Assembly: GCA_035387945.1 (NCBI GenBank)
Contig: DAOOOX010000003.1
Span: 203,126-267,125, forward strand
Length of the DNA: 64,000 nt
Origin: Verrucomicrobiia bacterium
GTDB lineage: Bacteria > Verrucomicrobiota > Verrucomicrobiia > JADLBR01
Direction of reading: 5' to 3'
Below are positions 28,491-37,535 of this stretch, one piece after another. The notes below the pieces were generated by a model. That model saw only the letters and a program-made list of their open reading frames with translations. It did no database searches and was not told where the DNA came from. The position numbers were made by a program, and so were the translations under genes. Each line of letters opens with the position of its first letter. Within the stretch, counting starts at the first letter, position 1.

Positions 28491-29563
28491 ACGGCATCGC
28501 CCACAAGAGGGAATCGCACGGGGCCTTCTGGCGCGGGGAGGGGCCGAGCCTGATCTTGATTCCGGCAGCCAGACAGGATCTCTACGACCTGAACAACTAC
28601 CCATCGCGCTTTCACGACCCGCGGGCGATGTGGGAGTCTGAGATGCGCCGGGCCGAGCCGCTCGTGGGGTGGCCGACGGATGGCATCCTCACCGTGCGGC
28701 CCAATCTCGGGGTGATTTTCGTTCCCGCGATGGCCGGGCAGAACTACCAGCTGCCCGGCGACGCCATGCCGTGGCCGGGCGAACCGTTGACGCGCGATGC
28801 CATCCGCGCCATTCGTACGATGGAGGTCGGCCGGAGTGAGACAATGCGGCTCGCGGCGGAATTCTATGCGATCCACGCCGCATCCGGTTGCCAGGACATC
28901 GCCCCCTATCACCCCGATACGCAGGGCGTGTTCGACATCGCTCATCTGCTGTGGGGCGACGACCTCTTCTGCGACATCGCCGACCCGGAGCAGTCCGACT
29001 GGATCGATGAACTGCTGGCGCTTTCGCTCGAGCTTTATCTCAAAGCAACGGGTCACGTGAAATGCATGATGGGCGAACCTGCGGCGAGCATGATTCACGG
29101 CCACGGCACGTCGCAGGGCGTGTTCTTTCCGAACGCCGGGGTGCGGATGGCGGAGGACACGGCCACGCTGCTGTCACCCGCGATGATCGAGCGGCTGATC
29201 GTTCCGAGCATCGAAAAGGCGGCAGCGCGGTTCGGCGGCACGTTCGCGCATTTCTGCGGGAAACACACGAACTTCTTTGAACAGCTCTGCCGATCGGAGG
29301 CCGTGCGCGCCATCGACCTCGGCAATCCGGAAATGTACGACACGCGCTGGCTGCTGGAGCGTTGCGCCGAGAGCCGCACCGTGCTCTATAGCCGCATGGC
29401 GGCAGAGCCGGGAGAAGGTTGGCAGGTCTACGTGCGACGCCTGGCGGCTCTGGTCCGGGAGACGGGCGCGCGAGTCATTCTTCGGCCGCTCGTCTTTCCG
29501 GCGGGACGGGACGAATGCGCCGCCATGCGCGACCTGTGGCACGAATTGACCATGCCCCTATGA
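28487..29563 (+). CDS. Hypothetical protein (operon member, GTGA start/stop overlap)
   Basis: Long ORF with no recognisable motif. Start ambiguous: GTG near 28487 overlapping the upstream stop, or ATG approx. 28628. Confidence 0.4.
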   Translation: MNGIAHKRESHGAFWRGEGPSLILIPAARQDLYDLNNYPSRFHDPRAMWESEMRRAEPLVGWPTDGILTVRPNLGVIFVPAMAGQNYQLPGDAMPWPGEPLTRDAIRAIRTMEVGRSETMRLAAEFYAIHAASGCQDIAPYHPDTQGVFDIAHLLWGDDLFCDIADPEQSDWIDELLALSLELYLKATGHVKCMMGEPAASMIHGHGTSQGVFFPNAGVRMAEDTATLLSPAMIERLIVPSIEKAAARFGGTFAHFCGKHTNFFEQLCRSEAVRAIDLGNPEMYDTRWLLERCAESRTVLYSRMAAEPGEGWQVYVRRLAALVRETGARVILRPLVFPAGRDECAAMRDLWHELTMPL

Positions 29564-30771
29564 GGAAATACCAGCACATGCAATCAGGCGACATTCGGAA
29601 AATCACTGCGGCGATGATTGTCGTCGCCCTGACGCACCTGGGACTTCACGCCGAGGGAGGGCCGCGCAATCCCATCACCAATTGCGTGGAATGGAAGAAC
29701 GACCGGCCGGTCTCGCTGCCCGGAATAAGGCGGCCGAGGGTGGAGAGCGCGTTTATCTACCAGCCGACGGCGGAATGGACGTACTCGCATCATCAGAGCC
29801 TGACGTTCTTCAATGGTCGCTTCTACGCGATCTGGTCAAATGGTCGTCAGGACGAAGATGCGCCGGGCCAACGGGTGCTGGTGGCCGCATCGGAGGATTT
29901 TGAACACTGGACCACCCCGCGCCCGCTGGTGGATTCGGTGAAGGATGCGGATGGCGTCGAGCGCGTGCTGACCGCCTCCGGGTTTCACCAGGCCGAGGAA
30001 ACGCTCGTTGCATACTTCGGCAATTACGGGCCGCACAAGGAGACCACACATTTGCAGGCCGTGACCACGGTGGATGGGGAGCGCTGGAGCGCCGTGCGCG
30101 AAATGGGCGTCCCGATCAATCCCAACCATGGCCCGCAGCGCACCGCCTCGGGCCGACTCATCATCTCAGGAAACATTTCGTTCCCCTACACGGACGATCC
30201 GACCGGTCTCGCCGGCTGGCGCATGACCGGCATCTACCCGGATGACATGGCCGCCACGATCAAGGACGACCCGGCGTCATTTTGGGAGGTCGCGAAGCAC
30301 CAGGGTTGGCCGGCGGCGCTCTGCGAAGGCTCTTTCTACCAGACGGGCGACGGCGTGCTGCACATGCTGCTTCGCAACGCTGCCAAGCAGAACGCCCACC
30401 GCCTCTGGCTGACCGAGAGTCGGGACAGCGGGGCGACGTGGTCCAAACCCGGTGAGACAGATTTCAGCGACACCAACGCCAAGTTCCACTTCGGCCGTCT
30501 GCCCGACGGGCGTTTCTATTACGTTGGGAACCCGGTTGGCCGCGCGCGTACGCCTTTGGTTTTGTCACTTTCGCGCGATGGGACCCGGTTTGACCGGCAC
30601 TACATCTTGGGCGACACCCACTACGAGGCGCGCCGATCCGGGCAATCCAAGGGCGGCGAATACGGCTATCCGCACAGCATCGTCCACGGTGACCACCTTT
30701 ACGTGGTCGTCTCGCGCCAAAAGGAGGCCGTGGAGGTGCTGCGGGTGGCCTTGGCTGAGCTGCGCGACTGA
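29560..30771 (+). CDS. BNR/Asp-box repeat glycosidase-like protein (sialidase-fold)
   Basis: Asp-box SRDSGATW plus SxDGxxW-like repeats. Hydrophobic N-terminus. The ATGA overlap with the upstream stop suggests translational coupling. Confidence 0.65.
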   Translation: MRKYQHMQSGDIRKITAAMIVVALTHLGLHAEGGPRNPITNCVEWKNDRPVSLPGIRRPRVESAFIYQPTAEWTYSHHQSLTFFNGRFYAIWSNGRQDEDAPGQRVLVAASEDFEHWTTPRPLVDSVKDADGVERVLTASGFHQAEETLVAYFGNYGPHKETTHLQAVTTVDGERWSAVREMGVPINPNHGPQRTASGRLIISGNISFPYTDDPTGLAGWRMTGIYPDDMAATIKDDPASFWEVAKHQGWPAALCEGSFYQTGDGVLHMLLRNAAKQNAHRLWLTESRDSGATWSKPGETDFSDTNAKFHFGRLPDGRFYYVGNPVGRARTPLVLSLSRDGTRFDRHYILGDTHYEARRSGQSKGGEYGYPHSIVHGDHLYVVVSRQKEAVEVLRVALAELRD

Positions 30772-30817
30772 AACTTCACGCCGCGCCCGCGCGCCGGCGG
30801 CGGGTCAGATAATGGGA

Positions 30818-30869
30818 CGTAGGAGCGCGCTTGCGCGCGATTCGATTCGCCTGCAAGCAGGCTCCTACG
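30818..30869. repeat. R3 palindromic hairpin repeat copy
   Basis: acgtaggagcgcgcttgcgcgcgattcgattcgcctgcaagcaggctcctacg. Explains the pseudo-ORF motif ARKRAPTSH shared with 1558..1785 and 42226..43413. Confidence 0.7.
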
Positions 30870-31092
30870 ATTCGGTGTCTGAATTCTCGAGTCAGCCGCG
30901 ATACGGTGTCACCATCGCGGTTTTTCGACGGGCACCCATTTGAACGGGTGCCGGGTTTCCGGCTTTTGCGGTTCGTCCGCCCAACATGACAACGCCGTAA
31001 TCTTTGCGTCATCTGCCGGTCATCTCCCTCTGGTTAAACGTTATCAGAGAGGCAACAGAGCCCCGGCGATGGGGACGTACAGGAGAACGGCG

Positions 31093-34000
31093 ATGACACG
31101 TGGACATTGGATATGCGCGATGGCGCTCCTTCCCGCGCTGGCCGCGGGTGGCGCTCCGAAGATGGCGGCGATCCCGGCGGGGGAATTCGAGATGGGCGAC
31201 CATCATGGGTTCGTCGATCCCAAGCACGGGAGCGACGAGATACCGCTCCACAAGGTCCGACTGGGGACCTTCCAGATGGGCGTCTATGACGTGACCACCC
31301 GCGAGTACTGCGAGTTTCTCAATGCCTCCTTGGCGAAGCGCGCGGTCGAGGTGCGGGATGGGAACGTCTACCTCGCTGGCGGTCAGGACATTCTATGCGA
31401 GACGCGCGCCGCCTCCCCCCACAGCCGGATCGATTGGGACGGCAAGAGATTCGCCGTCCTCGATGGCAAGGAAGACCATCCGATGGTCTGCGTGCGGTGG
31501 CATGGGGCGGCGGCCTTCTGCAATTGGCTCAGCGAGTGGGCGCATTTACGCCCTTGCTACAAGGCCGATGGCTGGGCCTGTGACCTCGCTGCCGGCGGCT
31601 ATCGTCTCCCCACCGAGGCCGAATGGGAATACGCCGCGCGCGGTGGACACCACGATCCTTACTACAACTTCCCCTGGGGCGATGAGCCCGATGTCACCCG
31701 GGCAAACTGGCCAAATTCCGGTGACCCATACGAGAGCGGCCCCCAGCCCTGGACCACTCCGGTCGGTTTCTATGACGGCAAGCTCCACCGCAAATCGGAT
31801 TCCGGCTGGCCCGGCTCGCAGGACACCTATCAGACCAAGGACGGGGCAAATGGATACGGCCTCTACGACATGGTCGGCAATGTCTGGCAGTGGTGCAACG
31901 ACTGGTACGAACGAAATTATTACCGCAACAGTCCGTCCCTAAATCCGCCCGGCCCCGAGCGCGGAAGCCCGATGCCCGACGGAAAACCCTACCGCGTGAT
32001 GCGCGGTGGCAACTGGTTCAATGGAGAGTACGGCCACAGCCGTGTTTCAAATCGTGACCCCTCGTACTTCCGCGGCCCACAGGACCCGAACCATCCCTAT
32101 TATCACGTCGGCTTCCGCGTCGTCCTCCCATCCGCCTCCTCAACGTCAACGCGCGCCACCTCGGCACCCGCATCCCCGAAGGTGAGACGCGAGGAGCAAG
32201 CGGCCGGTTTCGCTTTGACCAGCCCCGAAGTGACGGATGGTGGAACCCTGCCGAAGGAGTTCACCGGCGATGGCGAGAGCGCGACGCTTCCCCTCCAGTG
32301 GAGTGGAGCGCCAGCGGGGACCAAGAGCTACGCGCTCATCATGCACCACATCGACCCCGCCGGCGAAGCCAAGTGGTATTGGACCCTCTACAACATTCCG
32401 CCGACTGTCAGAAGCCTCCCCAAGAATGTGAAAGGGGTCGGGACCTTGGGAAATAACAGCGTCAACAGCCGCACGGAATACGCCCCGCCGCATTCCAAAG
32501 GACCCGGCGCCAAGATTTACGTGTACACGCTCTACGCGCTTTCGGCTCCCCCCCAGATCATGGTTCCTCCCGCCGAGGTTGACCGCGACACCCTGCTCGC
32601 GGCCATGAAGGATCGCGTCCTCGCCAGCGCGGAACTGCATGTGACTTATACGCGAGAAGGCCTCGCGTCTGCCCAAGGGGAAGGCCAGCCCAGACAGGCG
32701 GATGACCGTCCGCCCCGCGATTTCGAGCGGCAGGGTCGGGAAAATCGTCTCTCCCCGCCTGATGGCGAGCGCCCGCCGCCACCCCCTGAAAGTGGGGGGG
32801 AGCGCCGCCGGCCGGGCGAGGGCGATGATCGCCGGGGTGACCAACGCGATGGGCGGAACCAGGACCGACGCGACGGGGACGGCCAAGGCCGACGAGAAGA
32901 AAGAGGTCAGGGTCGGCCAGAGGGCGGCGGCGGAGGCGCGACCATGCACGCGAACAAGATCCCGACCTCGCCCAACCCCGGCCAGACCGTCGGGCTTTTC
33001 CTCAATACCCAGAAAGCCTTCAACGGCTACACGCTCTTCGCGCCGAAGCACAACACGGTGATCTATCTCATGGACAACGCGGGCCGCGCGGTCCACTCGT
33101 GGAAGAGCCAGTACGAGCCGGGCCAGTCCGTCTACCTGGAGCCCAACGGCAATCTGCTCCACTGCTGTTTCACGAAGAACAAGGGTTTCACGAGCGGCGG
33201 CGAAGGCGGCCGGCTGGAGGAATTCGACTGGGACGGCAATCTCATCTGGGAGTTTGACTACTCCTCCGACACCTACCTCTCGCACCACGATGTCGCCCCG
33301 ATGCCGAACGGCAACATCCTTTTCCTCGTCGTGGAAAAGAAATCCTACGAGGAGTGCATCGAGGCGGGTTTTAATCCGCAGATGCTGCGCGACCGGCAGC
33401 TGTTCCCGGACTCCGTCATCGAGGTCCAGCCAACGCGGTCCAAGGGCGGCAAGATCGTCTGGCAGTGGCGCGCCTGGGACCACCTGCTCCAGAACAACGA
33501 TCGATCCAAGCCGAACTATGGCGAGCCGTCCGAACACCCGGAACGGATCGACGTGGACTGCAACGGGCGCGCGGTCCCCGCCTTCTGGAATCACATGAAT
33601 TCCATCAGTTACAACCCGAAGCTCGACCAGATCATGCTGAGTGTCCGCGGCTGCAACGAGATCTGGGTCCTCGACCACAGCACCACCACGAAGGAGGCCG
33701 GGGGCCACTCCGGCGGCAAGCATGGCAAAGGTGGCGATTTGATCTACCGCTGGGGCAATCCCGCCGCATATGGACGCGGCACCGCCACGGATAAACAGCT
33801 CGTCCAACAGCATGACGCACAATGGATACCCGACGGTTACCCCGGCGCGGGCCACATCACGATCTTCAACAACGGTTACGACCGCGGTTACTCGAGCGTG
33901 GAGGAAATCGAGCCGCCCACCGACTCCAATGGCCGTTACATCATCCGCTCCGGAAAGGCATATGGCCCGGAGAAACCCGTCTGGCATTATGAGGCCAAGA

Positions 34001-34671
34001 ATCGGGAGGACTTCTTCTCCTCGGAGATCTCCGGTGCGCACCGTCTGCCCAACGGCAACACCCTGATCTGCGCAGGCGTCATCGGAAACCTCTTCGAGGT
34101 CACAGCCGCGGGCGAGACCGTCTGGCAATATGTCAACCCCATGGTGCGGGGCGGCATCCTCGCCCAGGGCGAGGTGCCTGGAAAAGACGTCAGGGGCCAT
34201 CTCTGGAACGCCGTCTTCAAGGTCCACCGCTACGCCCCCGATTACCCCGGCCTCGTGGGCCGGAACCTCAGCCGGGGCGATGTCATCGAGTTGCCCGCCT
34301 CACAGAAGGGCAAGACCGGCCTCGATGCCGCAGACGCCCCGCCCGAGGACCGCGAGCGCTTCCAGCAGAAAGACGGTCGGGGCAAGGGGAGGGGACGTGA
34401 CGAACGCGGACCCGGCGATGGAAAAGGTGGCCGGGTGAAGACGATCGCCGGTCTGCGCCACCCCCGCGTGAAGAAGATTCCCGTCGCGGCCGCGATGACC
34501 GCCAGAACATGCAGCCAACCCTACCCTCGGAGGAGGCGTCGCGCAGCGGCGGTGAAAACCCCCCACCCCGCGATGGCAGCAACAGCACAGGCCAAGGCCG
34601 CGGGGGCGGCCAAGGCTTCGGACGATCCCCCCTCGCGACCGCGATCGATGCCGACGGGGACGGCACCCTGA
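31093..34671 (+). CDS. Tri-domain secreted protein: FGE/SUMF1 (formylglycine-generating enzyme) domain - PEBP (YbhB/YbcL) domain - K/R/G/D-rich linker - arylsulfotransferase (ASST)-like beta-propeller; the 3' end probably continues by frameshift into the EF-hand ORF
   Basis: AGGAGA RBS before ATG 31093. Signal MTRGHWICAMALLPALAAGG. FGE blocks HPMVCVRWHGAAAFCNWLS, RLPTEAEWEYAARGG, NVWQWCNDWY, RVMRGGNWF. PEBP block IMHHIDPAGEAKWYWTLYNIPP...YVYTLYAL. ASST-like block NGYTLFAPKHNTVIYLMD...IWVLDHSTT...GGDLIYRWGNPAAY. The last approx. 80 codons look non-protein-like. Confidence 0.7.
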   Translation: MTRGHWICAMALLPALAAGGAPKMAAIPAGEFEMGDHHGFVDPKHGSDEIPLHKVRLGTFQMGVYDVTTREYCEFLNASLAKRAVEVRDGNVYLAGGQDILCETRAASPHSRIDWDGKRFAVLDGKEDHPMVCVRWHGAAAFCNWLSEWAHLRPCYKADGWACDLAAGGYRLPTEAEWEYAARGGHHDPYYNFPWGDEPDVTRANWPNSGDPYESGPQPWTTPVGFYDGKLHRKSDSGWPGSQDTYQTKDGANGYGLYDMVGNVWQWCNDWYERNYYRNSPSLNPPGPERGSPMPDGKPYRVMRGGNWFNGEYGHSRVSNRDPSYFRGPQDPNHPYYHVGFRVVLPSASSTSTRATSAPASPKVRREEQAAGFALTSPEVTDGGTLPKEFTGDGESATLPLQWSGAPAGTKSYALIMHHIDPAGEAKWYWTLYNIPPTVRSLPKNVKGVGTLGNNSVNSRTEYAPPHSKGPGAKIYVYTLYALSAPPQIMVPPAEVDRDTLLAAMKDRVLASAELHVTYTREGLASAQGEGQPRQADDRPPRDFERQGRENRLSPPDGERPPPPPESGGERRRPGEGDDRRGDQRDGRNQDRRDGDGQGRREERGQGRPEGGGGGATMHANKIPTSPNPGQTVGLFLNTQKAFNGYTLFAPKHNTVIYLMDNAGRAVHSWKSQYEPGQSVYLEPNGNLLHCCFTKNKGFTSGGEGGRLEEFDWDGNLIWEFDYSSDTYLSHHDVAPMPNGNILFLVVEKKSYEECIEAGFNPQMLRDRQLFPDSVIEVQPTRSKGGKIVWQWRAWDHLLQNNDRSKPNYGEPSEHPERIDVDCNGRAVPAFWNHMNSISYNPKLDQIMLSVRGCNEIWVLDHSTTTKEAGGHSGGKHGKGGDLIYRWGNPAAYGRGTATDKQLVQQHDAQWIPDGYPGAGHITIFNNGYDRGYSSVEEIEPPTDSNGRYIIRSGKAYGPEKPVWHYEAKNREDFFSSEISGAHRLPNGNTLICAGVIGNLFEVTAAGETVWQYVNPMVRGGILAQGEVPGKDVRGHLWNAVFKVHRYAPDYPGLVGRNLSRGDVIELPASQKGKTGLDAADAPPEDRERFQQKDGRGKGRGRDERGPGDGKGGRVKTIAGLRHPRVKKIPVAAAMTARTCSQPYPRRRRRAAAVKTPHPAMAATAQAKAAGAAKASDDPPSRPRSMPTGTAP

Positions 34672-35000
34672 ACGCCTCCGAGATGGCCGATGCCGCGAAG
34701 ACCCTCACGACCCTCGACAAAGACCGCGACGGCAAACTGGTCGTTTCTGAGATCGATGACGCGGGCACAAGCCAGCCCGGCAAAGATGGCCGCAAGCGCC
34801 GCCCCGGCGGGCCGCTCATGCGAACCCTCGACGCCGACGGTGATGGCTCCCTCTCCCCCGCGGAGATCGACAACGCCCCCGCGGCACTGAAGGCGGCCGA
34901 CCGCGATCGCGATGGCCGCCTCACGCGCGAGGAGGTTGATGGCGGTGGTGACAGGCGCGGCCTTGAGCAGGGAGGGATGGACGGTCCCCCACGAAACTGA
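34509..35000 (+). CDS. EF-hand calcium-binding module (4 canonical DxDxDG 12-residue loops); likely the true C-terminus of the preceding gene rather than an independent gene
   Basis: DADGDGTLNASE, DKDRDGKLVVSE, DADGDGSLSPAE, DRDRDGRLTREE. No RBS or signal peptide. Upstream in the same frame (from 34401) the reading RTRTRRWKRWPGEDDRRSAPPREEDSRRGRDDRQN matches the linker composition of neighbouring genes. Confidence 0.4.
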   Translation: MQPTLPSEEASRSGGENPPPRDGSNSTGQGRGGGQGFGRSPLATAIDADGDGTLNASEMADAAKTLTTLDKDRDGKLVVSEIDDAGTSQPGKDGRKRRPGGPLMRTLDADGDGSLSPAEIDNAPAALKAADRDRDGRLTREEVDGGGDRRGLEQGGMDGPPRN

Positions 35001-35015
35001 AGGACTGGCGAAACT

Positions 35016-37529
35016 ATGAAAACCACAAGACTATTTCTGATTTGTTGCTGCTTGATGGCGACCTCGGCCATCGCCTACGAGCGCCTGCAGGGCCCAACGG
35101 AGCTACTCTACTGGGATAGCACCAACGCCTTCAACGGCTACACGCTGTTTGGCACGCACGGCACCACTTACCTCATCGACATGTCCGGCCAGGTGGTCCA
35201 CACGGGGCGCCAGGGCACCAACCCGCGCTTTCTCGACAATGGCAATCTATTGGATGCCTCGAAGGATGACCCCAGCGGCTTCCAGGGATTCGTCGAGGTG
35301 GACTGGGATGGCAACAAGGTCTGGGAATATACCGAGAAGCGCGAGGACTACGCGCCCCACCACGACTGGGTGAGGACGTTCAACAAGAAGCTCAAGGCCC
35401 CGACCACGATGTACATCGCCAACAAGTCCATCTCGCACGAGCAGGCCATCGCCGCCGGCGCAGACCCCAAAAAGGGTCCGTACGAGGGCGGACAGATGGA
35501 CGCCGTGGTTGAAGTGGACATGAAGGGCAACGTCGTCTGGGAATGGTGGTTCTTCGACCACGTCGTGCAGGACATCGATCCGTCGAAGGCCAACTACGCC
35601 GGACAGGGGAAGACCGCATCCGATTATCCGAACAAGATCAACATCAACATGCCGGGACGGCCGTTGAAACGGGACTGGCTCCACTGCAATTCCATGGACT
35701 ACAACGCCGAGTCGGGGCACATCGTTATCAATTCCGTGCAGGGCGAACTGTACGTCATCGATCACGACGGCACCTTCGTCCCCGGTGACGCGAACACCAG
35801 CATCGCCAAAGCCGCTGGGCCCGCGGGCGATTTTCTCTACCGATTCGGCGATCCGGCCCGCTATGGCCAGGGCGACCCGCCCAAGGTGCTGGAAAACTGG
35901 GACAACGCGACTTCCGGCCACAAGCAGATGGGCGGTTCCCATGACGCGCACTGGATCAGGCCCGGACTTCCCGGCGCCGGCCACATCATGGTGTTTAACA
36001 ATGGCCAGTATCTCTTCCAAAGGACACCCCAGTCATCCATCATAGAGATTAACCCATTTCTCGACTCCAGCGGCCGCGATACCGGCAAATATGTCAACCC
36101 GCCCGACGCCGGTTATGTCCGCGAGGAGTACGACCACGACACGCACAACTCCCCCCGGCAAATCTCCAGGCATGTGGTGTGGAGTTACCGGTCTATCAAT
36201 AATCACGGCTTTTTCAGCCAGATTGGTTCGAGCGGCCAACGTCTGCCTAATGGCAACACCCTGATTTGTTCCGACACCGAAGGCCACTTCTTCGAGGTCA
36301 CAGGCGCCGGCAAACTGGTCTGGGAATACATCAACCCCGTGACGAAAGAGCTTGGCACGGTAAAAATGATGCCCGATGTGCTGCCGATGGTTAACAGCGC
36401 CTTTCGCGCCTATCGTTATTCGCCAGATCACCCGGCCTTAAAGGGCAAGGATCTCAAACCCCTTGGGACTATAACCGACGCGTTTCCGCGCCAGACCGAT
36501 CCCCGCGCGAAAGACCGTCCGTCTCCCGGACAAGGCGGCCAGAAGAAAGGAAAAGGTGGGGGTCGCGGAAAGGGAGGCGGCGGCGACCGTGGCGGTGATC
36601 GTGGCGGTGATCGTCCTCCCCCCAGAGATGGCGATCGCGCCGACGGGGACGACCCCATGCCACCCAGCGATGATCGACGACCCGTTGAGCAAGGCGCCGC
36701 CGCGAACAGCCCACTGGCGTCGGGAGCAACGGCCAAGGAATTGGCGCGGGAATTCCAGTTCGCCGAAGGCCCCGCCGCCGACGCGGCTGGCAATCTGTAC
36801 TTCTCCGATCTGGCGACCAGCAAGACGTACAAGTGGTCCATCGACGGAAAGCTCTCCACTTACCGAACGGATACCGGTGGCGCCAACGGCCTCTTCTTCG
36901 ACGGCAAGGGAAACCTCGTCGCCTGCGAGGGCGACCGCGGTCGATTGGTTTCGATCGACGGCCGCGGCCAGGTCACTGTGCTCGCCGGAGAGTATAACGG
37001 CAAGCGCTTCAACAAACCCAACGATCTCTGGATCGCGCCCTCCGGCGGCATCTATTTTTCCGATCCGGCCTATGGCACCCGCCCGGTCCAGGACGGGGAG
37101 TGTGTCTACTACCTTGCCCCAGACCGCAAGCGCGTGGTCCGCGTCATCGACGATATGGTCCGGCCGAATGGCCTGATCGGCACGCCCGATGGCAAGACCC
37201 TTTATGTCAGCGACCACGGCATACGGAAGATCTACGCCTACGACATCGGCCCCGATGGCGCGCTCTCGAACAAGCGATTCTTCGCGCCCGTGGGCGCCGA
37301 CGGCATGTGCATGGACAGCGAGGGCAACGTCTATCTCGCGGAGGACGCCGTGCTTGTTTACGATTCGACCGGCAAACGGATCGCGACGATCGAGGTGCCC
37401 GAGCAGCCGACGAATCTCTGTTTCGGTGGCAAGGATGGCCGAACCCTTTTCATCACAACCCGGCCGGCGCTCTACTCCGTGCAGATGCAGACGCCGGGCA
37501 CGTTGAAATGCCGACAGTCAAAACCGTAA
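35016..37529 (+). CDS. Secreted ASST-like beta-propeller - G/R/D-rich linker - SMP-30/gluconolactonase/LRE-like beta-propeller fusion protein
   Basis: Signal MKTTRLFLICCCLMATSAIA. N-terminal domain paralogous to the ASST-like domain of 31093..34671 (NAFNGYTLFGTHGTTYLIDM, YVIDHDG, GDFLYRFGDPARYG). Linker KGKGGGRGKGGGGDRGGDRGGDRPPPRDGD. SMP-30 block LYFSDL...NGL...NDLWIAPSGGIYFSDP...PNGL. Confidence 0.75.
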   Translation: MKTTRLFLICCCLMATSAIAYERLQGPTELLYWDSTNAFNGYTLFGTHGTTYLIDMSGQVVHTGRQGTNPRFLDNGNLLDASKDDPSGFQGFVEVDWDGNKVWEYTEKREDYAPHHDWVRTFNKKLKAPTTMYIANKSISHEQAIAAGADPKKGPYEGGQMDAVVEVDMKGNVVWEWWFFDHVVQDIDPSKANYAGQGKTASDYPNKININMPGRPLKRDWLHCNSMDYNAESGHIVINSVQGELYVIDHDGTFVPGDANTSIAKAAGPAGDFLYRFGDPARYGQGDPPKVLENWDNATSGHKQMGGSHDAHWIRPGLPGAGHIMVFNNGQYLFQRTPQSSIIEINPFLDSSGRDTGKYVNPPDAGYVREEYDHDTHNSPRQISRHVVWSYRSINNHGFFSQIGSSGQRLPNGNTLICSDTEGHFFEVTGAGKLVWEYINPVTKELGTVKMMPDVLPMVNSAFRAYRYSPDHPALKGKDLKPLGTITDAFPRQTDPRAKDRPSPGQGGQKKGKGGGRGKGGGGDRGGDRGGDRPPPRDGDRADGDDPMPPSDDRRPVEQGAAANSPLASGATAKELAREFQFAEGPAADAAGNLYFSDLATSKTYKWSIDGKLSTYRTDTGGANGLFFDGKGNLVACEGDRGRLVSIDGRGQVTVLAGEYNGKRFNKPNDLWIAPSGGIYFSDPAYGTRPVQDGECVYYLAPDRKRVVRVIDDMVRPNGLIGTPDGKTLYVSDHGIRKIYAYDIGPDGALSNKRFFAPVGADGMCMDSEGNVYLAEDAVLVYDSTGKRIATIEVPEQPTNLCFGGKDGRTLFITTRPALYSVQMQTPGTLKCRQSKP

Positions 37530-37535
37530 AACAAA

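Noticed and set aside
34130-34438. 102-aa ORF in the third frame inside the ASST domain region
   Set aside because: It overlaps the well-supported ASST-like coding frame and its composition is Ser/Thr/Ala/Pro junk. Considered for the frameshift model, but it ends at 34438 before the EF-hand frame. The -1 frame from 34401 is the better continuation.
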